From: Minisyncoccota bacterium
GTDB lineage: Bacteria > Patescibacteriota > Minisyncoccia > Phycocordibacterales > PALSA-1337
Assembly: GCA_035495115.1 (NCBI GenBank)
Contig: DATJGJ010000014.1
Location: 1 to 53,958, forward strand
Length of the DNA stretch: 53,958 nt
Reading direction: 5' to 3'
A program made the position numbers and the translations under genes. The notes beneath the pieces were generated by a model. It worked only from the letters and a program-made list of their open reading frames with translations. It was not told the origin of the DNA and did not search any database. Every line of letters starts with the position of its first letter. Positions within the stretch are counted from its first letter, which is position 1. Of this stretch, positions 37,007 through 45,073 are shown piece after piece.

Positions 37007-38791
37007 CTATTTGACGGTTTCATCTTCATACAGGAGCTCATCGTAGCCGAGCTTCTTTACTTCTTCTATCGGAATTGTCTTTTCGAATGCCTTGATCATA
37101 GCGTCTTCTTTGAGTCGCAACATGCCCTTGCTGCGCGCTATGCGACCGATTTCGGAAGCATTGGGATTTTTGAGAATAGCCTCTTCAATATCTTTGTCCA
37201 TGGTAAACATTTCAAAAACCGCCATACGTCCACGAGTTCCCTTTGGAAATTCTGAAGTTGGTTTCGCTTTCATGACGGTAGGCGAAAATGGTATTTCCTT
37301 TTTATACTGTTCAGGCAAATCAGAAAATGAATGGTCGACCATCGCTTTGAGGCTGCCCTCGACTGGTACCGGCTCACCCTGACCAGGCGGCAAGAGACTA
37401 ACGAGACGCTGTGCAATAGCGAGCACGAGAGTAGGTGCGATCAGATACGGATCGACTCCCATATCGATCAAACGAGGGATAACGCCAGCAGCATCATTGG
37501 TATGCAACGTAGAGAACACAAGGTGACCTGTCAAAGCTGCCTGAACAGCAAGCTGAGCTGTCTCTTTGTCGCGGATCTCACCGACCATGATGATATCTGG
37601 GTCCTGACGAAGCGTGGTGCGCAAACCGGTATCGAATGTATATCCGATCTCAGGACGAACTTGAGACTGACTGACACCTTCAATGGTGTATTCCACTGGA
37701 TCTTCGAGGGAAAGCACGTTATAGCTCTCTCGATCTACTTCTGAAAGGACAGAATAGAGCGTCGTTGATTTTCCTGATCCTGTCGGTCCAGTGATGAGAA
37801 TCAGTCCATAGGGACGATTGATTGCGTCTTTGAGCATAGCGAGATTTTTCTTTGAGAGACCGAGCTGATCGATCGTACGAACACCCTTTGCCTGGTCGAG
37901 GATACGCATCACCACCTTCTCTCCAAAATATGAAGGAAATGTAGAAACACGGAAGTCGACGCGACGACCATCGATGCGTGCCGAAAAACGGCCGTCCTGA
38001 GGCTTTCTCTTTTCATCGAGGCGCATATTTGAGATAACTTTGATGCGTGCGACCACTGCTGAGTGCACTTGTGGCGGCAGTACGAGACTCGTATTCAAAA
38101 CACCGTCGACACGAAAACGCACACGGACCTTGTCGCGCATATGCTCGATGTGCACATCAGACGCTTCACCTTCTACGGCATAGCGCACAACCGTTGCGAC
38201 GATTTTGACGATAGGAGCATCTTCGATGATCAGCGACTCATCTTGCTGGCCTTTGCCGTCTTTTGACTTCGCACCATCTGCTGTAGCAGTATCTTTTCTA
38301 TTGATAGTATCTTCAGGCGTGATAGAGAGCTCGGTCTCCAATTCTGAAAGGGCTTGTGTGACTTCACCGGTAATGCCTTTGTACATCTCGATAACTTTAT
38401 TGAAATCATCGATAGTGATGAGGAACATCTTGTATGGGATATTCTTTTTTGCCGCGAGGAAGTTGAGAGCATCGCGCGCCTCCATGTTGTCAGGATCGAC
38501 GATACCTACTTCGAGCACCCCTTCTTTGAGACCGATCGGCGCGAAGCGGTAGTGTGCAGCTGATTCTTCTGGGATATAGTCGAGTGCTTCAAAAGGAATC
38601 GATGCATCTGCGATTGAGCGAACTGGCATATTCAAAAACTCGCCACGTGCAGCCAAAATATCTTCGGGCTTTACGCCTCGCCCTATCAGGATTTCATCGA
38701 GCGACGCTCCGCCGCTTATAGCCGTACGGATGGTGCGAATATCATCCTTGGTGATCAGGTTTTTGTTGAGGAGTATATCGATAACACTCAT
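37007..38791 (-). CDS. pilB: PilB/GspE assembly ATPase
   Basis: ASDVHIE, RFRVDGVL, PQDGRF, GPTGSGKSTTLY, LRQDPDIIMVGEIRD, TLHTND. Confidence 0.95.
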   Translation of the reverse strand: MSVIDILLNKNLITKDDIRTIRTAISGGASLDEILIGRGVKPEDILAARGEFLNMPVRSIADASIPFEALDYIPEESAAHYRFAPIGLKEGVLEVGIVDPDNMEARDALNFLAAKKNIPYKMFLITIDDFNKVIEMYKGITGEVTQALSELETELSITPEDTINRKDTATADGAKSKDGKGQQDESLIIEDAPIVKIVATVVRYAVEGEASDVHIEHMRDKVRVRFRVDGVLNTSLVLPPQVHSAVVARIKVISNMRLDEKRKPQDGRFSARIDGRRVDFRVSTFPSYFGEKVVMRILDQAKGVRTIDQLGLSKKNLAMLKDAINRPYGLILITGPTGSGKSTTLYSVLSEVDRESYNVLSLEDPVEYTIEGVSQSQVRPEIGYTFDTGLRTTLRQDPDIIMVGEIRDKETAQLAVQAALTGHLVFSTLHTNDAAGVIPRLIDMGVDPYLIAPTLVLAIAQRLVSLLPPGQGEPVPVEGSLKAMVDHSFSDLPEQYKKEIPFSPTVMKAKPTSEFPKGTRGRMAVFEMFTMDKDIEEAILKNPNASEIGRIARSKGMLRLKEDAMIKAFEKTIPIEEVKKLGYDELLYEDETVK

Positions 38792-38801
38792 ATTGATTTA
38801 T

Positions 38802-39143
38802 TTAGCGAGTACTACCTGTTGACGATTGCGCCGAAAGCCCAGGTATCGGAGCAAAAGGATTTGGGCGGCCGACATTTACTGGAGGAATAACGACTGAGTA
38901 ATCTACGAGAGTGCTGTACCCTGTATCTTGAAAAAGCTTTGTATCGATCTTGAGAGACTGTATCTGATTGAGGAGATTGAGAACGCGTACACCTACTGCA
39001 GCAGTCGCATTATCCGTGCTTTGAAGCGAGGTTGCAGCGGGAGTGGCGTTTGATGCAAAAAAGTAATACCCAAGAACAACAGCCGCTATGATGAGTAGCA
39101 TCCAGATCGTTGATTTACTTGCTGAGGGTTTGTTGTTATTCAT
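38802..39143 (-). CDS. Small bitopic pilus-locus protein
   Basis: N-terminal TM; GRPNPFAP motif; position between pilO and pilB. Confidence 0.75.
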   Translation of the reverse strand: MNNNKPSASKSTIWMLLIIAAVVLGYYFFASNATPAATSLQSTDNATAAVGVRVLNLLNQIQSLKIDTKLFQDTGYSTLVDYSVVIPPVNVGRPNPFAPIPGLSAQSSTGSTR

Positions 39144-39148
39144 AGATA

Positions 39149-39754
39149 TTATTGGCGAAGATAGTATGTATTGAGCTGAACCGAGAAATCATACGTACCA
39201 GTATCGTTGGCAGTTACCGTCAAATGTGTGAGATCCATGATGCGCAAATTTGCTTCCAACGCCTGCATCAGACCGATGAACTGCTGGTAGGTCGCTGATA
39301 CGCTGAATGAAATACTGACCGTGTCGAGTGTTGCGATCGAAATGCCCCCAGTGTCCTTTTGACCGAATCCTTGAGCGCCATTTGGACCTGTAGCACTCGC
39401 AGAAGAAGCGGTAGGCGTGGTTGGAGCTGATGTCTTGGTGGACGCAGTTATATTTTTTAATGAAAGACCGTTTTGCTGGCCAACATTATTGAGATCAATC
39501 ACCAAACGGATATTATCGACGGTATCAGGGAGCATCTTATCGAGTTTTTCACGATCCTGTATGGAGATGCTGTTGTAATCGTCAGTGACTTTTTTGCGTA
39601 GCGAGATGAGCGTTTCGGCATTTTTGATAGCAGAAGAATACTGATCATTGACTGCTTTGATGACTTTTGCCTCTGCCCACAGGTTACTGGTATAGCTAAA
39701 ATAAATTGCACCAGCGATGATTATGAGAATTGTTGCAGTAATATTTCTATTCAT
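39149..39754 (-). CDS. pilO: PilO-like protein
   Basis: N-terminal TM, LDKMLP, LEANLRIMDL; start ATG 39754. Confidence 0.8.
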   Translation of the reverse strand: MNRNITATILIIIAGAIYFSYTSNLWAEAKVIKAVNDQYSSAIKNAETLISLRKKVTDDYNSISIQDREKLDKMLPDTVDNIRLVIDLNNVGQQNGLSLKNITASTKTSAPTTPTASSASATGPNGAQGFGQKDTGGISIATLDTVSISFSVSATYQQFIGLMQALEANLRIMDLTHLTVTANDTGTYDFSVQLNTYYLRQ

Positions 39755-39758
39755 AAAA

Positions 39759-40472
39759 TTATTGAGTGGTGAACGGATTTGGCGCACTGGTATTGGTGTT
39801 TTGCTGAGGAGCTTGATTTACTGGCGCATCAGAGCTTGCGGCAGATGCTGGAGATACCAACTTTTCGTATGACAATGTGCTTGGATCGACAACGGCAGAG
39901 AAACCAAACGAAACGCTTCGGTTAGCATTGAGGACAGGGTTCGTCAAAACGGGATTTTTGATGACTTTGCGCAAACCATAGTCGTCGAGCTTGCTCAATA
40001 CGTCAGACTGGAAAGCAACCGCACTCAAACTGGTACCAAGTCCCTGAAGAGAGATCTTGATACCATCTGATCCAGTCGTTGGAGCGGTGAGATCCATACT
40101 CAAAAAACGCACATTCTCGATAGTAAGTCGTCCGATGATATCGAATATCTGCGATAGAGCGAGGTGATTGTTGAGAAGTTGGCGAGCATAACCGATCTTC
40201 ACGTCTTGGTTCTTGAGCTTTTCGATGAGATCAGTGTTGAATTCTTTTTCACGTGCGGCGAGCTGCTCTTTTTGAGTGACCTGATCGTTGATCAAATACT
40301 GTTTGTACGCATATGTACCACCTGCAGCGACGAGCGATGCAATGAAGAGGATCGTCGCAATAGTCATGAAGATGCTCGACGTATGTTTTCTCGGTGCCAC
40401 AGAAGAAACGCCGCCGATAGCAGAGGCAATCGGTTTCTTTGGGATAAAAGAGGTTTGGAATTTAGTCTCCAT
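39759..40472 (-). CDS. PilN-like protein
   Basis: FQTSFIPKKP, TM segment, coiled region; position between pilM and pilO. Confidence 0.7.
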   Translation of the reverse strand: METKFQTSFIPKKPIASAIGGVSSVAPRKHTSSIFMTIATILFIASLVAAGGTYAYKQYLINDQVTQKEQLAAREKEFNTDLIEKLKNQDVKIGYARQLLNNHLALSQIFDIIGRLTIENVRFLSMDLTAPTTGSDGIKISLQGLGTSLSAVAFQSDVLSKLDDYGLRKVIKNPVLTNPVLNANRSVSFGFSAVVDPSTLSYEKLVSPASAASSDAPVNQAPQQNTNTSAPNPFTTQ

Positions 40473-40527
40473 AATTCCTCTGAATTATAGCAGGAATTAG
40501 AAAAGAAGTACTGTGAATAAGTCTCCC

Positions 40528-41637
40528 CTACTGCTGTTCTGCAAGCCTACGTAGAGCAGTGCCGATAGCAACAGCGAATTCAGGTCCGGCTTGCGCAAAT
40601 TCTTCTGCAAGAAAAGCTGGCGTTTCCAATTTTCCAAATGGATCAGCATATATAACATCGGTCTGAAAACTTATCCTTGCTAGATCAGTGAAACCTTTGA
40701 GGAGCACGCCACCTCCCGTCAAAATAACTTTGCTGATATTCTTTGCATATTTCTTCTGATAGCTGAGGAGCGTCGCATTGGCCTCATAAAATATATAGTC
40801 GAGATTTACTGTGATAATCTCAGTCAATTCTTTGTATTCTGGCCCGCCCTTAAGCCCAAAAAGACGCTTCATCGACTCGGCCTCGCTGACGGAGATGCTG
40901 AGCGCCTTTGATAGCGCAAGAGTGATATCCTGACTGCCTTTATTGATAATATGAGCTGTACGCAAGATACCTCTTTCGACTATATATAGCTTGGTAGAGC
41001 GAGCACCAAAGTCGATGATCATATTTGTAACAAGCCCCTGATCAACTACGGCACGGATAGCACTAAAAATCTCTATCTCATAAAAGCTCGGTGTGAGGCC
41101 GCTCCCTGTCATGATAGTTTGATAGGTATTGAGATATTCGTTGTGGATGGCGACTACGAGGACATCGCTGCCTTGTTTTTCAGTCTTCGAGCTATCTTCT
41201 TCGGTCACATAGTTCTCTTCTTTTGGTATGACTGACCAATCGAGAAGCACTTCATTGAGCGGCACGGGGATATACTTACGCGCTTCGATAGCAACAACTT
41301 CACCGAGCTGCTTTTCTGGCACAGGAGGCACCGTAATGAATGTGATGAGACTGGATGACAAAGGCAGTGCCGTACCACAAGAAAGCGTCGTTGTTTTTGC
41401 TTCACGCAAAATATCTTTGATCGCTTCGATTGTTTTGTCGGGCTGGAGCGAAACTGCGCGACCGACTTCCGTGCTTGCATATGGACCAAGAGCCAGTTCG
41501 CCGTATGTTTCAAGAACGGCTCTACCCCTCTTTTTCTTTATCTGTACAACTTTGATTGCAGATGAACCAATATCAATACCGAGAACACTGGTCTCTTTTT
41601 TGAGAAATGAACCAAAAAGCGAACTGAGAGATATCAT
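40528..41637 (-). CDS. pilM: Type IV pilus assembly protein PilM
   Basis: GIDIGSSAIKVV, EARKYIP, IDFGARST, LTGGG, AVAIGTALR; start ATG 41637. Confidence 0.93.
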   Translation of the reverse strand: MISLSSLFGSFLKKETSVLGIDIGSSAIKVVQIKKKRGRAVLETYGELALGPYASTEVGRAVSLQPDKTIEAIKDILREAKTTTLSCGTALPLSSSLITFITVPPVPEKQLGEVVAIEARKYIPVPLNEVLLDWSVIPKEENYVTEEDSSKTEKQGSDVLVVAIHNEYLNTYQTIMTGSGLTPSFYEIEIFSAIRAVVDQGLVTNMIIDFGARSTKLYIVERGILRTAHIINKGSQDITLALSKALSISVSEAESMKRLFGLKGGPEYKELTEIITVNLDYIFYEANATLLSYQKKYAKNISKVILTGGGVLLKGFTDLARISFQTDVIYADPFGKLETPAFLAEEFAQAGPEFAVAIGTALRRLAEQQ

Positions 41638-41731
41638 GTCCCTAGTGTACATTGAAAATACTAAACTGAAAAGTTGTTAACGCTGGATAATCCACTAAAA
41701 TATCTATGCGCCCTAGGGGCATTTTATTTTA

Positions 41732-42526
41732 ATGAACATACTCAGGATTATGTATGAAACGATTCTCGAAGCGCTTTTTCCTTTATCTGAGACTGAAAAG
41801 GAGCTTTTTTCATGTCGGCCGTGTGATATTTCAAGTATTTTACCGCCATCACCGAATTATTCGGGCCTTGCAGTACCATTACCTGAAGGCACGTCGCTAT
41901 TTGCCTATAAAGACACGAGAGTTGAGCAGCTTATCTGGAACATCAAGTACAAGAAGTCCAGGCAGGCTGTTGAGATTGGTGGATATGAGTTGTTTGGAAA
42001 ATTATGTGAAATAAATATGGTGGCACCTGCTTCAGATTTTCAGGACACGCCGTCAAAGCCTGCTGGCTTTGCGGCTGGTTCTCAGTCGCCTACGCTCCTT
42101 CCGAAACGTCCTTCAAATTCCGAAGCAGGTGCCACTCGACTACTTATAATTCCCATTCCAATTACAAAGCTACGCCGACGCGAACGTGGGTATAATCAGT
42201 GCGAATTGTTGGTCGATGAGGTGGAACGATTGGATAAAGAAGCTAAATTTATTTCTGAAAATAACTTACTCATTCGTATGCATCATGATGGGCGGCATAC
42301 ATTAAAAGGACGCACGGACAGAGTCGAGAGCGCCAAAGGGATATTTGGAGTAGATGAAAGTACACTGAAAAAACTGACAGAAAAATATGGCGCAGATAAG
42401 ATTAAAAACTGTAAGGTAGTGATCATCGACGATGTTATTACAACCGGCAGCACCATGCGAGAAGCTATCGACACCATGAAAAAATCCGGATTCACGAATG
42501 TGTCCGGACTTTCAGTGGCACATTAA
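41732..42526 (+). CDS. comF: ComF family phosphoribosyltransferase-like competence protein with a ~39-aa insertion
   Basis: LIWNIKYK, IPIP...RRRERGYNQ, IDDVITTGST. Confidence 0.88.
   Translation: MNILRIMYETILEALFPLSETEKELFSCRPCDISSILPPSPNYSGLAVPLPEGTSLFAYKDTRVEQLIWNIKYKKSRQAVEIGGYELFGKLCEINMVAPASDFQDTPSKPAGFAAGSQSPTLLPKRPSNSEAGATRLLIIPIPITKLRRRERGYNQCELLVDEVERLDKEAKFISENNLLIRMHHDGRHTLKGRTDRVESAKGIFGVDESTLKKLTEKYGADKIKNCKVVIIDDVITTGSTMREAIDTMKKSGFTNVSGLSVAH
42020..42135. mobile_element. In-frame palindromic insertion in comF
   Basis: Perfect 14-bp terminal IR gtggcacctgcttc/gaagcaggtgccac; internal hairpin caaagcc-tgct-ggctttg; reading frame stays open. Confidence 0.75.
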
Positions 42527-42566
42527 ATGGGCACGGTTAGCTAGTTGTCTGTTTTCTAAAATGAGA

Positions 42567-42622
42567 GTGACGAAAAATTTCGTCAGTGGCTCAAAATATG
42601 GACTGACGAAGAAAGTTCTTCA
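42567..42622 (+). repeat. Dispersed twin-hairpin repeat, copy B
   Basis: gtgacgaaaaatttcgtca...ctgacgaagaaagttcttca; homologous to the reverse complement of 19787-19843. Confidence 0.85.
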
Positions 42623-42646
42623 GTTATATCTGGCGAGAAGTCTGAC

Positions 42647-43846
42647 TCAGACAAACTTAACAAATCTCCTCTTGCCAATTTTCATAGTATCACCTGATTT
42701 TGGTGCCCAGTTCAAATCTGACACCTTTGTACCGTCGGCATATTTTACTGCCCCGCTTTCAATCAATCTCCGCCACTCAGCTTTTGATGGAATAATTTCT
42801 TTTTCGATAAGCAGATTAACAAACATTGGTGAACAAGGAATGTTCATGATTTCATCAGCATCAGGCACTCCTCCCTTCGCGAAAGTAGCGATGAATGCCT
42901 CTTCTGCAGAAACTGCCGCAAGCTCGCCGTGGATCCTTTTTACAATATCTTTTGCAATGATAGCTTTTGCCATGCGCGGACCCTGCTTCATTATGCTTTC
43001 TTTTTCATTCATAGGGATGCGCGTGCAATTCACGAACAATGGTTCGAGCATTGGGTCTGGTAGAGACATCAAAGAACCGAAAAGATCATTTGCTGACTGA
43101 TCGATGAAAACGCCTGTGCCGTTGGACTTGGACATGAGCTGTCCAGTCGCTGGGTTGGCGATGAGGTTGAGAGCGATGACGAATTTTTCCTTATCCTTGA
43201 GCTTCTTCATGAGCGTGCGACCAGAGAGCGCATTGAAGATCTGATCCGTGCCACACAACTCAGCATCAACATCCATAGCCACACTGTCATATCCTTGCAT
43301 GAGCGGATACATAAACTCGTGGAGATGGATTGGCGAACCCTCTTTGAGACGCTTCTGGAACATGTCGCGCTCTATCATCTGTTGGACCGTGAAGTTCGAA
43401 GAGAGACTGAGGATATCGGCAAAAGAAAGCTTGGCGAGCCACTCTGAATTGTGACGGATAGTGGCTGGATTGGTCTTGTCTTTGAAATCTATGAGAGGAC
43501 TGATCTGTCTGACCCAGTTGGACATATTTTGAACGACATCTTCTTTGGACAATTGCTTGCGAGTTGCGCTCTTATCACTTGGGTCACCTATTTGTGCTGT
43601 GAAGTCCCCGAAAAGCACGATAACTTCATGACCTAACTGTCTCAGTTCTTCTAGGAAAATGAAATTCTTTGCATGACCAAGATGAATGGCGGTATGAGTT
43701 GGATCAAGGCCGTAGTATATCTTTATCCTCTCACCAGCTAGCATTTTTTTTACCAAAGCTTCTTTTGACGGGTATACATCCGTGACAGTACCGCGAGCAA
43801 AGAGCTCATCTATTCTTTTTTGATCAACCTTATTCATAAAAGCCAT
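42647..43846 (-). CDS. tyrS: Tyrosine--tRNA ligase
   Basis: YGLDPT..IHLGH (HIGH), GDFTAQIGDPS, YPLMQGYD, GTDQ.FN, LMSKS, S4-like C-terminus. Confidence 0.96.
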   Translation of the reverse strand: MAFMNKVDQKRIDELFARGTVTDVYPSKEALVKKMLAGERIKIYYGLDPTHTAIHLGHAKNFIFLEELRQLGHEVIVLFGDFTAQIGDPSDKSATRKQLSKEDVVQNMSNWVRQISPLIDFKDKTNPATIRHNSEWLAKLSFADILSLSSNFTVQQMIERDMFQKRLKEGSPIHLHEFMYPLMQGYDSVAMDVDAELCGTDQIFNALSGRTLMKKLKDKEKFVIALNLIANPATGQLMSKSNGTGVFIDQSANDLFGSLMSLPDPMLEPLFVNCTRIPMNEKESIMKQGPRMAKAIIAKDIVKRIHGELAAVSAEEAFIATFAKGGVPDADEIMNIPCSPMFVNLLIEKEIIPSKAEWRRLIESGAVKYADGTKVSDLNWAPKSGDTMKIGKRRFVKFV

Positions 43847-43868
43847 ATTAGCATTAATTTCTCAAACA

Positions 43869-43906
43869 AAAAATACCTCCCGCCAATAGATTCGAGAGGT
43901 ATTTTT
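43869..43906. terminator. Terminator after nitroreductase
   Basis: aaaaatacctc/gaggtattttt IR. Confidence 0.65.
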
Positions 43907-43933
43907 ACTCTTCACCTGAGTGCAATTGTAGTG

Positions 43934-44566
43934 TTACACCGTAATAAAGAGGTCTTTCTTTGCGCGACGGACTTTTTTGTACGATGCAGAGGCATCATTT
44001 ACAGTGTCACGATAACCGAGAGCGAGGATGACAACGCTCTTCAAGCCTTTTTCTTTGAGACCGAGGACTTCGTCGAGCTTTGCTGGTTCAAACCCTTCCA
44101 TAGGAGTAGAGTCGACGCCTTCAATTGCTGCTGCAGTGAGGCCGGTACCGAGAGCAATGTATGCTTGTCGCGCTGCCCAGTTCACTTTCCCTGCAGCATC
44201 AAGACTATTAACAGTGCCCATAATGTACTGCTTGAAACCATCGAGAGCAGCGATATCCATGCCGCGCGTATCAGCCACAAGCTTCATATAGTCATCGACA
44301 TTCTTTTCGGTAATTGTATCCCATGCGGCGAATACGAGCAGATGCGAGCTCTCTACTATCTGCGGCTGCATCCATGCTGTTGCTTGGATCTTTTTTCGGA
44401 CTTCCGGATCAGTGATGACGAACACCTTATAAGGAGTCAGTCCATACGACGAAGGAGCGAGACGGATCGCCTCCAAGATAGCGTCGATCTTCTCTTGTGG
44501 AACCGCCTTCCCATTCATTCTCTTTGTTGCATAACGCCATTCGAGCTGTTGTATGAGTGTATTCAT
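43934..44566 (-). CDS. Nitroreductase family (NfsB-like) FMN oxidoreductase
   Basis: WRYATK, RLAPSSYG, STPMEGF, LALGYR, KVRR. Confidence 0.92.
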   Translation of the reverse strand: MNTLIQQLEWRYATKRMNGKAVPQEKIDAILEAIRLAPSSYGLTPYKVFVITDPEVRKKIQATAWMQPQIVESSHLLVFAAWDTITEKNVDDYMKLVADTRGMDIAALDGFKQYIMGTVNSLDAAGKVNWAARQAYIALGTGLTAAAIEGVDSTPMEGFEPAKLDEVLGLKEKGLKSVVILALGYRDTVNDASASYKKVRRAKKDLFITV

Positions 44567-44628
44567 ATATCTTTTTATTTTAATTTAGATCCATTTTTTA
44601 AAACTAGTTCACTCATCTTACGCTTCTA

Positions 44629-44662
44629 ACTTTACATTGTAAAGTACTTTACATAGTAAACC
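44629..44662. promoter_or_regulatory. Tandem palindromic operators ACTTTAC-N3-GTAAAGT, probable HxlR-family sites
   Basis: Perfect 7-3-7 box at 44629-44645 and a near-perfect copy at 44646-44662, between divergent genes. Confidence 0.75.
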
Positions 44663-44682
44663 ACGCATGCTAGCCTATGTCT

Positions 44683-45012
44683 ATGGCACCATCCCCTACA
44701 CATAAAGCAGGAACGAGAGATATGCATTCAACGAAAACCTGCCCTATCGCAGAGGTAGCAGAGCTTTTGTCGGATACATGGACGATGCTCATCATCCGTG
44801 ATCTTCTCAAAGGGCCAATGCGCTTTTGCGAGCTCGAGCGATCACTCGAAGGAGTCAGCACCCGCACACTCACTCTCAAGCTCAAGAAGCTGATGACAGA
44901 AAAAGTAATATCGAAAGAAGAGGAGTCCCACTACTACTCAATCACCAAACAAGGCATGCACCTCGGTGCTGTTATCGATGCGATGAGAGATTACGGTAAA
45001 GCCTATCTATAA
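44683..45012 (+). CDS. HxlR/DUF24 family winged-helix regulator
   Basis: CPIAEVAELLSDTWTMLIIRDL, GVSTRTL..KLK; start 44683 chosen from TAGCCT-6-ATG (44677 also possible). Confidence 0.9.
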   Translation: MAPSPTHKAGTRDMHSTKTCPIAEVAELLSDTWTMLIIRDLLKGPMRFCELERSLEGVSTRTLTLKLKKLMTEKVISKEEESHYYSITKQGMHLGAVIDAMRDYGKAYL

Positions 45013-45073
45013 AAAATCAAAACACTACAATAGCACTATGGCTACATTGTAATATCTGATACGACAGTGCAAA

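Noticed and set aside
42603-42622. CTGACGA...GAAA resembling a hammerhead ribozyme core
   Set aside because: No stem II between CUGANGA and GAAA, and no stems I/III; it is part of the twin-hairpin repeat
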